Source: Candidatus Thioglobus sp. (GTDB lineage Bacteria; Pseudomonadota; Gammaproteobacteria; PS1; Pseudothioglobaceae). Taken from it: a stretch of DNA of 64,000 nucleotides. How positions within the stretch are numbered: the first letter of the stretch is position 1; each line of letters opens with the position of its first letter. This document shows positions 21,977 through 32,463 of the stretch, one piece after another. The stretch spans positions 8,539 to 72,538 of the forward strand of contig JAOMMB010000002.1 of the NCBI GenBank assembly GCA_028352435.1, written 5' to 3'. The notes under the pieces were generated by a model, which was not told the origin of the DNA, searched no databases, and saw only the letters and a list, made by a program, of their open reading frames with translations. The position numbers and the translations under genes are program-made.

Positions 21977-22456
21977 CTATGAAGTCGCTTTAACAGTATT
22001 TTGCAACTCTTCAGGTTTTTTGTCAGAAGTTTTTGCATTTTTAAGATCAATCACTGGCTTATCAGTCATTGTAATTTTACCTTTGAAATAAGAGCCATCT
22101 TCCAATACGATAGAAGGGGCGGTCATATCGCCAATAACAGAGCCACCACTAGGAATAACAATGCGCTCACCTGCTTCAATATTACCAACAACCTTGCCAT
22201 AAATTTTAATTTTATTAACAAAGATGTCGGCATTTACTTCTGCAGTAGTCTCAACTCTAACAGAATTTTTCTTCAAAAGAATGGTGCCCTCGATTTTACC
22301 CAGTACATCCATGTCATTTTCACCAGTGATCTCACCAGTAACAACACATTTTTCAGAAATTAATGTATTATTAGTTGTTGAATGATGGATTGTTCTAGAA
22401 GGAATTGCATCCTCTGATCTGTTACTTTCTGTTGCTTTATCGCTGCTATTGAACAT
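21977..22456 (-). CDS. Bactofilin (polymer-forming cytoskeletal protein, CcmA family)
   Basis: TLISE..VTGEI..G-x-IEG-x-I, G-x-VVGNI-x-A, GDM-x-APSI-x-LEDG-x-x-F-x-G; MF N-terminus. Confidence 0.92.
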   Translation of the reverse strand: MFNSSDKATESNRSEDAIPSRTIHHSTTNNTLISEKCVVTGEITGENDMDVLGKIEGTILLKKNSVRVETTAEVNADIFVNKIKIYGKVVGNIEAGERIVIPSGGSVIGDMTAPSIVLEDGSYFKGKITMTDKPVIDLKNAKTSDKKPEELQNTVKATS

Positions 22457-22544
22457 AAAAAAACCCTCAATTTAATATGTGTAAAATTAAATTGTATCAG
22501 TAAATAATGAAATACACAAGTTATATATTAGACCAAGAAAAATA

Positions 22545-23327
22545 ATGCCTGAAATTTTAGAAATTAAAAAAATTTACAAAAAATATAGTGGTCGCGCCAT
22601 TGTAAAAGATGTGTCATTTTTTGTTCAAGCTGGTGAAATTGTTGGCTTAATCGGCCCTAATGGCGCCGGTAAAACTACCTGCTTCTATATTGCTTGCGGA
22701 CTTGTTAAGCAAGACAAGGGCAAGGTCTATATTAATGAACTTGATATTAGCAAAATGCCTATGCATAAACGAGCTCAAATGGGGATTGGCTACCTTCCAC
22801 AGGAGCCATCCATTTTTAGAAAGCTCTCTGCTGAAGATAACATTATGGCGTTGTTAGAGAATAATACCAGCCTAGATGAGGCGCAACGCGAGCACCGATT
22901 AGAAGAGTTATTAAAAGAATTTAACATTGAGCATATTCGCCATCTTCAAGGTATAAGCTTGTCAGGTGGAGAAAGAAGAAGAGTAGAAATTGCACGTACT
23001 TTAGCCCTTGATCCAAAATTTATTCTACTTGATGAGCCTTTTGCAGGTGTTGACCCTATTTCAGTTAGAGATATACAAGCTATTATTTATCACCTCAGAG
23101 ATCGCGGTATTGGTGTGTTAATTACAGATCATAATTATCGAGAAATGCTAGATACTTGCGATCACTCCTATGTTCTTAATGCTGGAGAGATTATCGCCAA
23201 AGGTGACAAAGAGCAAATACTCGCAAACCGATTAGTTAAAACGGTATATCTAGGGGAAAGGCGAGTTGGACAAGTCAAAAATCCAAAAAAACGGCCCATT
23301 GATAAAAATAAGGGTTTTGGCTTTTAA
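22545..23327 (+). CDS. lptB: LPS export ABC transporter ATPase
   Basis: [46 protein letters not shown]. Confidence 0.96.
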   Translation: MPEILEIKKIYKKYSGRAIVKDVSFFVQAGEIVGLIGPNGAGKTTCFYIACGLVKQDKGKVYINELDISKMPMHKRAQMGIGYLPQEPSIFRKLSAEDNIMALLENNTSLDEAQREHRLEELLKEFNIEHIRHLQGISLSGGERRRVEIARTLALDPKFILLDEPFAGVDPISVRDIQAIIYHLRDRGIGVLITDHNYREMLDTCDHSYVLNAGEIIAKGDKEQILANRLVKTVYLGERRVGQVKNPKKRPIDKNKGFGF

Positions 23328-23542
23328 CAACAAGGCAATTTGCAAAATTTCTGAAATTTTTAATACTTTCTTCAATAAAAATCAATTAATACGTTAAAAC
23401 TCAAAGATTGAGCAAAATGCCCATAAAATAGGGCATTAAAGTCTAATAAATGAGGTTTTAATCACTATTTAAGTAATAAATAGCACTTAAATATGGTTTT
23501 TTAGCGAATTAAACCCAATAAACGTTTGATTTGTAAAATTTT

Positions 23543-26500
23543 CTAAATTTTAGAGTCAATTTCTATAATTTTTTGCACGCTAGGGCAATATAAAGCACAT
23601 TTTATTTCATATTTATAAATCTTAGAGAGCGCTTCTTTATAAAATAGCAGTTGTTTTGTATGCGCAAGTTTTTGTCGTTGAACAAATTGCTCGATTGATT
23701 CATGCTCTGCTTGGCCAGCAGTTTTAAAATCAATAATCCATAAAATACTATTATCGATGAAATATCGATCAATAATAATACTATGACCATCAACAACAAA
23801 CTCAGCCTCAACTTGTGTAGATTCTCGAGCTTTAAATAGCCACTCAAACTGAGGATCGCTTTGAGTGTTTTGAATCATATGCATAACAATTGCTAGCTGT
23901 TGATCTAGTTGATGTTGTGCAAACCCCGCCTCAATTAAGCGTAATTTAATACTGGCTTGATCAGTTGAAAATTGCTCTTGCTCAAAATATTTATGCAGCA
24001 ATGTACCCATCAAACTTTTAAACTGAACCTCGACACTCAGCCCAAAATCGATCTTTTCATGTGCATGATCTTCCAGCAGTTGATAATCTGGCAATTGCTT
24101 ATAGCGTAATAATTCTGGTGCCTTTACTAATGCTTGGTCAGCCTCTATTGTTGTCGGACTAACTTGGTCAAACTGGTGTTGAAATTTAGTCGCCAATAAA
24201 GATAGCAAAGTGTTTTTTCCGGCTTTATTGCTTTTGTTTAAAGTGCCTAATAAATGTACTGACTGTTTAGCTCTAGTCATTGCTACATACAATAGGCGCA
24301 GAGTTTCATTGTTGTTCTGCTGAAATTCTACATGTTTAAGATAATCATACGTTGCACTATCTTTAGACTGCACATAAGATTTCATCGGTGCCAATAATAA
24401 AGACTGGTCACTAGATTCTTGAAGATGAATAATGGGCGACTGATTACTCTTTGAAGATTTACCCAATCCAGGCATAATCACCCAATCAAATTCCAAACCT
24501 TTAGATTCATGAATAGTCATCAGTTGAACACGGGCTCGAACACTGGACGCATAAAGCTCGGCTAGCATTTGATTAATGGTTGTAATATTTAGCTGTTGTT
24601 GTAATTCACATTCATGAATAATTTTCATAAATTGATCTTTAATCATCGACTCTTTAACCGATAAACTCGACTTTGGCATGAGTTGATAAAGTGCAAACTC
24701 AAGTGTTTGTACAAAGCTAAATCTTGCACGTTGTCCAATGGCTTGCTCTAAAGCACCAGCAATATGTTGTGCGCGTTTTTGGCCGTCTTCACTGAGGTTT
24801 TTTAAACCTTGTTTGCTGGTAATAACTTCCAAGATAACTTGTTCGTCATTTTGCGATAAAGCCAATAAATCTTCTAATAATAACCCACACCAAGGCGAAC
24901 GCAACAGACTAAGCCAGGCTGTTTTATCGCCTAGGTGAAGCAAAGCGCGCGTTAGGCTTAATAAATCTTTACTGAATAAGGCCTCTTTGAGTGGTGTGGT
25001 TTTTAAAGATTCAAATTCGATCCCTGCATTTTTTAACGCGGGGGCAATGTATTTAAAATGGGAGCGGCTTCGTACCAAAACAGCAATCTGCTTATCAGGG
25101 TTGTTTTGGATAATATCCAAAACAATTTGCGCTTCCTGTTGATCTTCTTTGTAAGCGCAAGGATGCATCTGAATAGCTGGTTCATTATTTTGATTAGCCG
25201 CAATAGAAGGTGAATAGCTAATGGCGCCTAAGTACGCATCTTCCTGTTGAGGAAAAATTTTAGAAAAAATCTCATTATTAGCTTCGACTACGGCTTTTGT
25301 AGAGCGAAAATTAGTCGTTAATTGTAAAAATTCAGGGCTAATATTGGCAATACCTTGGGCGCGTACTTGCAAAAACAAACCCACCTGAGACTGTCTAAAT
25401 AGATAGATAGACTGCATGGGATCGCCCACTAAAAACAAAGTTTTATTGTCGTCTGTCTGCCAGTTCGTAATCAATTTTTTAATCAGTGAAAACTGTGTAC
25501 TCGAGGTATCTTGGAATTCATCGATCAGCAAGTGCTGTATTTTATAATCTAAAAATAGCGCAATATCACTGGTTTCATTTTGGCTTAATGCCTGATCAGC
25601 ATCCAGTGCCACTTGAATAAAATCGGTGACTTGTTGTTCGTTAAATAAAATATTTAGCTGTGCAACTGCAATTTTTAAGACTTGAGCAATATCATCTAGC
25701 ACCTTAATTTGCGTGGTGTCAAAATTTACATCAGGCAACTTATTAACATCACGCAATAACGCACATAAAGCTGTTTGACCTGACAAGTCTGTCAAAGTCT
25801 CAAGCACAGTTTGCTTTTGAATTTTTAGATCTGCTGGAAAGCCCTCAGATTTTGTTAGTTTTTTGCGCCAATCGCCTTTTCCAGTTAGGCATAAATTAGC
25901 CAGACTTTTCCATTTGGGTAGATCATTGACACTGGCACAAGGCAGCTCACTCAGACTAGAGATTTCTGGCTGAGTATTGTCACTTAAGGCGGTAAAAAAC
26001 TCAGTATTAAAATGTTGCTGAGCTTGGCTTGATAATTGCTCTAAATGTCGATTAATAATAGTCGCCGCACTATTTTCTAAATTTTTAATATTTAAGGTAT
26101 CTTGCAAATAGAGTTTATTTAGCCATTGATCACGCTTTTTTAGCATGGAGGTGACTAGCTGATAAAAACGATTCACATTATTATCTAGATATAACAAGGT
26201 ACTGCTTATACAAGTACCAAAATCCTTGTCATCTATACTGAGCAATGCTCGTTTGGCTGCTTGCAAATACAACCTATCTTGTTGCCAAATCTGGGTAATA
26301 ATTTGCTTATTAACCCAATTTTGAGGTTGTGGATATCGACTGGTAATTAAATTAGATAAACCATCGATGGTTGATATTTTTAGCCGTTGAGGCATGTTGA
26401 TCAAATCCCAACCATTTACTTTTGATTGCTCTAGGACTGCTAAGGCCAAATCATAGGTTATCTTTTTGTGTGCCTGTTCAGGGCGCTTGCCGGTTGCAGA

Positions 26501-26716
26501 TTTAAGTGCTCCAATAACTCTAGCCTTAAGCTCACTGACTGCTTTTTTTGTGAACGTCATCGCCAGCACGCTTTCGGGCGATTCACTAATAGATAAGAGT
26601 TTTAAATAACGCTGCGTGAGTAGCTCAGTTTTGCCCGAGCCCGCAGGCGCTTGAATAAGAAAAGAGCGGGTCGTATCTAGGGCTTGAGATCTTTGTGTTT
26701 GGTCATCCATACTCAA
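23543..26716 (-). CDS. AddA/RecB-like SF1 helicase-nuclease
   Basis: APAGSGKT, DEFQDTS, VGDPMQSIY, MTIHESKGLE, YVAMTRA, C-terminal IDR..IIDFKT nuclease. Confidence 0.88.
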   Translation of the reverse strand: MSMDDQTQRSQALDTTRSFLIQAPAGSGKTELLTQRYLKLLSISESPESVLAMTFTKKAVSELKARVIGALKSATGKRPEQAHKKITYDLALAVLEQSKVNGWDLINMPQRLKISTIDGLSNLITSRYPQPQNWVNKQIITQIWQQDRLYLQAAKRALLSIDDKDFGTCISSTLLYLDNNVNRFYQLVTSMLKKRDQWLNKLYLQDTLNIKNLENSAATIINRHLEQLSSQAQQHFNTEFFTALSDNTQPEISSLSELPCASVNDLPKWKSLANLCLTGKGDWRKKLTKSEGFPADLKIQKQTVLETLTDLSGQTALCALLRDVNKLPDVNFDTTQIKVLDDIAQVLKIAVAQLNILFNEQQVTDFIQVALDADQALSQNETSDIALFLDYKIQHLLIDEFQDTSSTQFSLIKKLITNWQTDDNKTLFLVGDPMQSIYLFRQSQVGLFLQVRAQGIANISPEFLQLTTNFRSTKAVVEANNEIFSKIFPQQEDAYLGAISYSPSIAANQNNEPAIQMHPCAYKEDQQEAQIVLDIIQNNPDKQIAVLVRSRSHFKYIAPALKNAGIEFESLKTTPLKEALFSKDLLSLTRALLHLGDKTAWLSLLRSPWCGLLLEDLLALSQNDEQVILEVITSKQGLKNLSEDGQKRAQHIAGALEQAIGQRARFSFVQTLEFALYQLMPKSSLSVKESMIKDQFMKIIHECELQQQLNITTINQMLAELYASSVRARVQLMTIHESKGLEFDWVIMPGLGKSSKSNQSPIIHLQESSDQSLLLAPMKSYVQSKDSATYDYLKHVEFQQNNNETLRLLYVAMTRAKQSVHLLGTLNKSNKAGKNTLLSLLATKFQHQFDQVSPTTIEADQALVKAPELLRYKQLPDYQLLEDHAHEKIDFGLSVEVQFKSLMGTLLHKYFEQEQFSTDQASIKLRLIEAGFAQHQLDQQLAIVMHMIQNTQSDPQFEWLFKARESTQVEAEFVVDGHSIIIDRYFIDNSILWIIDFKTAGQAEHESIEQFVQRQKLAHTKQLLFYKEALSKIYKYEIKCALYCPSVQKIIEIDSKI

Positions 26717-26729
26717 AGTCTAAGTCAAC

Positions 26730-28433
26730 CTACATAGATTGTGGCGCACTAACACCTAAAATACTTAAGCCGTTAACCAATACTTGTTTCACAGCACTAA
26801 TTAATAACAGCCTGGTTGAACGAAGCTCAGCTTCGTCCACCAAAAATTCACTATTATTGTAATAACTATGAAATTCACCCGCTAAATCTCTTAAATAATG
26901 AGCCAAAACATGAGGCTCATAATTGAGTGCACTGGATTGTAATATGCCCTTGTAGCGATTTAATTCTTTAATTAAAGCAATTTCCATGTCACTCGTTAAT
27001 CGAGACAATTCAGCAGGTACCTTGTCCATTGATTGGGCTTGTTTAAGTACCGAACAAATTCGAGCATGCGCATATTGAATATAAAATACAGGATTTTCAT
27101 TGGTTTTAGATTTAGCCAAATCCAAATCAAAATCCATATGCTGTTCTGATTTTCTCAAGATGTAGAAAAAACGTGCTGCGTCGTTGCCGACTTCGTTGCG
27201 TAATTCTTCCAAGGTTACAAATGAGCCACTTCGCGTTGACATGGCAACTTTTTTACCGCCACGATATAAATTAGCAAATTGCACCAACAAAATTTCTAAC
27301 TTTTTTGGGTCGTGCCCAAGTGCAGCAACAGAAGCTTTAACTCTGGCAATATAGCCATGATGGTCTGAGCCCCAGATGTTAATTATTTTGTCATAGCCAC
27401 GTTCAAACTTCTCTAAATGATAAGCGATGTCTGAAGCAAAGTAAGTATGCATGCCATTCTCACGGACGACTACACGGTCTAAATCATCACCAAAATCTGT
27501 GGTTTTAAACCACAAGGCGCCATCTTTTTTATAAATATGGTCTGAGCTTTGTAAGGCCTCGACTGTCTTTTTAGATAGGCCTGAATCGACCAAAGATTGT
27601 TCTGAAAACCACTGTTGATATTCGATACCAAATTCAGATAAATCTGTTTTTATGCCGCCTAAAATACTATCAATCGCTAACCTAAAAATTTTAAAATAAT
27701 CTTTTCCGAGTGCTTTTTTGCAATTCACAATCAGCTCGTCAATGTGCTTTTCTTTGTCGCCTCCCTGTTTTTCATCTTTGCAGGCATCTTTGGCAATATC
27801 ATACTTCTCTACGCCGCTAATTTGCTTGGCAATATCAAAAATATAATCACCTTTATAGCCGTTGTCAGGAAACACCTTAACGTCGCAAAAACGTAAATAA
27901 ACAGAGGTTGCCAAGATATCCATTTGTCGTCCAGCATCATTGACATAATACTCGTTATCCACTTTAAATCCGACTGCACGCAAAAGATTTGACACCGTCG
28001 CACCATAGGCTGCACCTCGGCCATGACCTACATGCAGCGGGCCTGTTGGATTGGCTGAAACAAACTCAAGCAATACTCGTTGATCTTGTCCAATGTTAGA
28101 TAAACCAAAAGTATCACCTTTGGCAAGGATATCTTCAAGCACTTGATTGTTTGATCCTTGAGACATAAAGAAGTTAATAAAGCCAGGCCCAGCAATTTCA
28201 ATTTTGTTAATCTCACTGGCATTGGTTAGCTTGTCGACAATTTTTTCAGCCAATACCTTGGGTGCACATTTAGCTTGTTTAGACAACACCATAGCAATAT
28301 TAGAAGCAAAATCTCCTTGAGCTTTGTCTTTAGAATGATCCAATCGAATTTCGCTTGGCGCACTCTGTAAAACACCCTCATCGATCAATGCTTGTAATGC
28401 TTGGGTTAATAGCTGTTGTAGTTGTTGCTTCAT
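26730..28433 (-). CDS. argS: Arginyl-tRNA synthetase
   Basis: [36 protein letters not shown]. Confidence 0.98.
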   Translation of the reverse strand: MKQQLQQLLTQALQALIDEGVLQSAPSEIRLDHSKDKAQGDFASNIAMVLSKQAKCAPKVLAEKIVDKLTNASEINKIEIAGPGFINFFMSQGSNNQVLEDILAKGDTFGLSNIGQDQRVLLEFVSANPTGPLHVGHGRGAAYGATVSNLLRAVGFKVDNEYYVNDAGRQMDILATSVYLRFCDVKVFPDNGYKGDYIFDIAKQISGVEKYDIAKDACKDEKQGGDKEKHIDELIVNCKKALGKDYFKIFRLAIDSILGGIKTDLSEFGIEYQQWFSEQSLVDSGLSKKTVEALQSSDHIYKKDGALWFKTTDFGDDLDRVVVRENGMHTYFASDIAYHLEKFERGYDKIINIWGSDHHGYIARVKASVAALGHDPKKLEILLVQFANLYRGGKKVAMSTRSGSFVTLEELRNEVGNDAARFFYILRKSEQHMDFDLDLAKSKTNENPVFYIQYAHARICSVLKQAQSMDKVPAELSRLTSDMEIALIKELNRYKGILQSSALNYEPHVLAHYLRDLAGEFHSYYNNSEFLVDEAELRSTRLLLISAVKQVLVNGLSILGVSAPQSM

Positions 28434-28461
28434 ATCAAACCTATTTATTTGTCTTTTTTAA

Positions 28462-31188
28462 TTAGTGTGCTTCTTGCCAAGAGTTGCCAACGCCCACATC
28501 GACTTTCAAAGGAATATCGAGCAGATAAGCGCTCTCCATTAAGTCTTGTATTTTATGAGCAAACTCTTCAGCCTTATCAGCTTTCACTTCAAACACCAGC
28601 TCATCATGCACTTGCATGATCATTTTGATATCCGTATTATCTTGGCCAATCCAGTCATGCACATCAAGCATGGCTTTTTTAATAATATCGGCACTTGAGC
28701 CTTGCATAGGTGCGTTAATAGCAGTTCTTAGTGCATGTTGTTGTAGCATTTTATTCTTGGCATTAATTTGCGGCAAGTACAATCTTCTGCCCATAACTGT
28801 CTCTACATAACCTTGAATTTTGGCAGATTCTCTGGTGTCTTCCATGTATTGAGCTACGCTTGGATAGTTCTCAAAATAGGCATCAATATATTCTTTGGCT
28901 TCAGTGCGTGAAACGTCAATTTGCTTGGCTAATCCGAAAGCACTCATGCCATAAATTAGGCCAAAGTTAATTGCCTTTGCTCGACGACGCTGCTCCTTAG
29001 TTACCTCATCAATAGCAACTTTAAACATGGTGGAAGCTGTCGCACTATGGACATCTTGATCATGATTAAAAGCGTCTAATAAATTAGCATCTTGTGAGAT
29101 ATGTGCCATAATCCTAAGCTCAATTTGGGAATAATCTGCTGCAATTATTACACAGCCTTCACTGGCAACAAAAGCACCACGAATACGTGCACCGAGCTCA
29201 GATCTAATAGGAATATTCTGCAGATTTGGATTGCTTGATGACAAACGACCTGTCGCTGTCACTGCTTGATGATAAGAGGTGTGCAATCGCTTAGTATTTA
29301 AATCTATCTGTTTTGGTAGTGCCTCTAAATAAGTTGAATTAAGCTTGGTCAAAGTTCGATAGCTTAAGATTAAATCAACCAAAGGATGGTCTAATAAATT
29401 GAGCGCCTCTTCATTAGTTGATGGTGCACCTTTTGGGGTTTTCTTCTTCGGCTCAAGACCTAGACCATCTTCAGAAAATAGGATTTGTTGAATTTGCTTA
29501 GGCGATTCCAGATTAAAAACCTCACCGGCTAATTCATAAGTCTGCGCTTGAATACTTTCCATTTGCGTTTTAACATCGAGCTGTTGAAGACTCAATGAAT
29601 TAACATCGAGCTTGACACCGTTGCGCTCAATTTTTAGCAGCACTTTAACCATTGGCAATTCAATACGCTGATACAGTTTAGCCAACTTGGGATACTGAGC
29701 AAGATGCTCATCTAATACTTGATTTAATAAATCTGTCACAATGACATCTTCACAAGCATAAGGACTAGCAACCTCTAGAGAAACTTGGTTAAAGGTGATT
29801 TGCTTTTTGCCTTTGCCCGCTACTTCAGAAAATGAAATGGTTTGGTGGTTAAGATAGTGCTCAGATAAGTCATCCATATTGTGTCGGGTTGCCACTGAAT
29901 TTAACACATAGGATTTCACCATAGTGTCATCTGAAATACCATTTAGCTCGATTTGGTAGTTGGCTAAAACATGTGCATCATATTTAAGATTTTGGCCCAC
30001 CTTGCCAATACTTGCATCTTCCAAAATAGGTTTTAGAGTATCCATAACTTGTGAAAAATTAAGCTGCTTAGGTGCATCTAAATAATCATGCGTGACTGGA
30101 ATGTAGAAACTGTCATGGTCAATTAAAAATACCCAGCCCACAATTTTTGCATTCATGTAGTCAAGTGAATCGGTTTCCAAATCAACCACGAAACTTTCGC
30201 ATTGCTTTAAGCGCTCAACCATACTGGTAAAAATTGATTCATCCAGAATGGTAGTTTGTGAGTAGCCTTCCAAAAGATTTTGTGCAGGCTTGGAGACTTC
30301 ATGCAGCTGTTCAGTGGCACTACTTGAAGAGGGCGTACTCACATCTCCTAATTGCTTAAGCCACATAGAAAATCCATACTGCTGATACAAATCAGCCAAT
30401 TTGGAACTATCCTCACCAGGCTCGCTCTCTAAAATATTACAGGGTAAATCCACATCAAATTTCAAACTAACCAATCGATGTGACAAGTCTAATAAATCGA
30501 AATTATCTCGTAACTTTTCACCAACTTTACCCTTGATTTCACCAGCAGAGTTTTTAATACCATCAATATCCTGGTAAGACTCAAGCCACTTGATGGCGGT
30601 CTTTGGACCAACGCTTGGCACGCCTGGGATGTTATCTGCACTGTCGCCGGTGAGCGCTAACAAATCAAGAATCTTTTCAGGCGCAACACCCATTTTTTCA
30701 ATCACACCTGCGCGATTATAAGTAGTCCCCGTCATATCTAATTGGGAAATATTATCACTCACAAGCTGCATTAAGTCCTTATCACCACTGGCAATAATGG
30801 TTTTTATATTATTTTGGTCAGCACAACGACTCAAGGTTGCAATCACATCATCGGCTTCTACATAAGGCACACACATAAAGTGAAATCCCATGGCGCGAAT
30901 GATTTCATACAAGGGCTCAATTTGGATAATTAGCTCTTGATCAGCAGGTTTTCTATGTGCTTTATACTCAGGGTACATGTCATGACGAAAGTTTTTGCCT
31001 TTGGCGTCAAAAATAGCGATTAGTTTTGCTTCAGGGAATTGCCTTTGCAAACGCTTAACGGCATTCACCACTCCAAACATAGCGCCTGTTGGGAAGCCCT
31101 CTTGGTTGCTTAGGTTTTGTTTCAGTGTAGAAAAGTATGCTCGGAATAAAAACGCCGAGCCATCTAGTAATATTAGCTTGTGTGACAT
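28462..31188 (-). CDS. polA: DNA polymerase I
   Basis: 5'-3' exo (EADD, GDKD), 3'-5' exo (DLET), ADYSQIELR, KAINFGLIYG, QVHDEL. Confidence 0.98.
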   Translation of the reverse strand: MSHKLILLDGSAFLFRAYFSTLKQNLSNQEGFPTGAMFGVVNAVKRLQRQFPEAKLIAIFDAKGKNFRHDMYPEYKAHRKPADQELIIQIEPLYEIIRAMGFHFMCVPYVEADDVIATLSRCADQNNIKTIIASGDKDLMQLVSDNISQLDMTGTTYNRAGVIEKMGVAPEKILDLLALTGDSADNIPGVPSVGPKTAIKWLESYQDIDGIKNSAGEIKGKVGEKLRDNFDLLDLSHRLVSLKFDVDLPCNILESEPGEDSSKLADLYQQYGFSMWLKQLGDVSTPSSSSATEQLHEVSKPAQNLLEGYSQTTILDESIFTSMVERLKQCESFVVDLETDSLDYMNAKIVGWVFLIDHDSFYIPVTHDYLDAPKQLNFSQVMDTLKPILEDASIGKVGQNLKYDAHVLANYQIELNGISDDTMVKSYVLNSVATRHNMDDLSEHYLNHQTISFSEVAGKGKKQITFNQVSLEVASPYACEDVIVTDLLNQVLDEHLAQYPKLAKLYQRIELPMVKVLLKIERNGVKLDVNSLSLQQLDVKTQMESIQAQTYELAGEVFNLESPKQIQQILFSEDGLGLEPKKKTPKGAPSTNEEALNLLDHPLVDLILSYRTLTKLNSTYLEALPKQIDLNTKRLHTSYHQAVTATGRLSSSNPNLQNIPIRSELGARIRGAFVASEGCVIIAADYSQIELRIMAHISQDANLLDAFNHDQDVHSATASTMFKVAIDEVTKEQRRRAKAINFGLIYGMSAFGLAKQIDVSRTEAKEYIDAYFENYPSVAQYMEDTRESAKIQGYVETVMGRRLYLPQINAKNKMLQQHALRTAINAPMQGSSADIIKKAMLDVHDWIGQDNTDIKMIMQVHDELVFEVKADKAEEFAHKIQDLMESAYLLDIPLKVDVGVGNSWQEAH

Positions 31189-31260
31189 ACATCTAATTTT
31201 ACCAATTTTTAGCCACTGCTTAAGTTGTAAAATAACATTACTTTAGTAATTCTTAGCCTT

Positions 31261-31980
31261 ATGTCAGAAGTTCTCATTCATGTAGATCAAGTTAGTCTGA
31301 GCCATCATGGAAAACCGGTTCTTGATCAGGTTAGCTTTGATCTTAAAGCAGGTGAATTTATCACCCTAATTGGTCCAAATGGCGCTGGTAAAAGCTCTTT
31401 GATTAAAATTCTATTAGGTCTAATCAAGCCAGATACAGGCAAGGTTAAAAAATCAAACAAAATTCGCATAGGCTACACACCACAAAAATTTATCCCTAAC
31501 GAATTTATCCCTATTACAGTTAGTGGGTTTTTACAGCTTAATCAAAAAACAGAAGTAACATTTCTAGAAGACACTGCAAAATTAACGGGCATTGAGTCGA
31601 TTCTCAAGAATGAATTAAAAAGCTTATCGGGTGGTGAAATGCAGCGTGTTTTGCTCGCAAGAGCTTTGTTGGCCAAGCCTAATGTACTTATTTTAGATGA
31701 GCCTGCTCAAAATTTAGATGTCAATGGCCAAATGCATCTATACAAACTTATTCAAGATATTCATCAGCAACAGGGTTGCGCGGTATTGATGGTTTCACAT
31801 GACTTACATCGGGTGATGAAAGAATCTACTCAGGTGCTTTGCCTATATCGCCATATTTGTTGCATGGGGCAGCCAGAATCTATTTTGAAAGATTCTCAGT
31901 TTAATGATTTATTTGCCGACCAAATGGATGAACTCATGGCAACTTATGAACATCATCACAATCATTGCCACGAAGATTAG
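31261..31980 (+). CDS. znuC: Zinc ABC transporter ATPase
   Basis: GPNGAGKS, LSGGEMQRVLLARAL, SHDLH, CCxG-x-P, His-rich tail. Confidence 0.88.
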   Translation: MSEVLIHVDQVSLSHHGKPVLDQVSFDLKAGEFITLIGPNGAGKSSLIKILLGLIKPDTGKVKKSNKIRIGYTPQKFIPNEFIPITVSGFLQLNQKTEVTFLEDTAKLTGIESILKNELKSLSGGEMQRVLLARALLAKPNVLILDEPAQNLDVNGQMHLYKLIQDIHQQQGCAVLMVSHDLHRVMKESTQVLCLYRHICCMGQPESILKDSQFNDLFADQMDELMATYEHHHNHCHED

Positions 31981-31986
31981 AACGCT

Positions 31987-32463
31987 TTATTGAGCGAACA
32001 TCCGTGCAGAATTTTGCTGCAAGAAGCTACCTTTAGATATTTCAACCAATAAATCCCAGCGCCCTTTAAGGGGGAGTGTCGTCTCTACTTGGTAAGCGCC
32101 ATCATTGGTTTTTATCATTGGCATTGAATAGTCATGCTTCATTTCCAACGGCCTGTAAAAATAAGCAACGGCATCGGCCTTATTAAGGCTCACATCGTGT
32201 TTAGTGCTAACAGCCCGATAGGTTTGCTTAACGCCATGAGTAACAACCTTGGGCAGCACCAATTCTAATTTCCAGCCTTGCTGAATTAACTCATCACGCT
32301 TCTTTAAGGTACTTCCATAACGCTCGCCCGTTTCGTAGGCATCAGCCACCACCAAGCCTGGATGGGTTTCTAATGCCGTTATAATGCGCCAAACTGTCGC
32401 ACCAACTAATGCAACAAACAAAACTAGCATTAGCATCATAACTGGAGATTTTTGAACGGTCAT
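31987..32463 (-). CDS. ccoH: FixH/CcoH-family protein
   Basis: N-terminal TM, GLVV-x-DAYE-x-G, FYRP...D, GRWDL; overlaps ccoG stop. Confidence 0.8.
   Translation of the reverse strand: MTVQKSPVMMLMLVLFVALVGATVWRIITALETHPGLVVADAYETGERYGSTLKKRDELIQQGWKLELVLPKVVTHGVKQTYRAVSTKHDVSLNKADAVAYFYRPLEMKHDYSMPMIKTNDGAYQVETTLPLKGRWDLLVEISKGSFLQQNSARMFAQ

Noticed and set aside
23353-23542. AT-rich gap between lptB and addA as possible sRNA, dif or origin
   Set aside because: Only a short hairpin (AATGCCC/GGGCATT); no dif consensus, DnaA boxes or ORF
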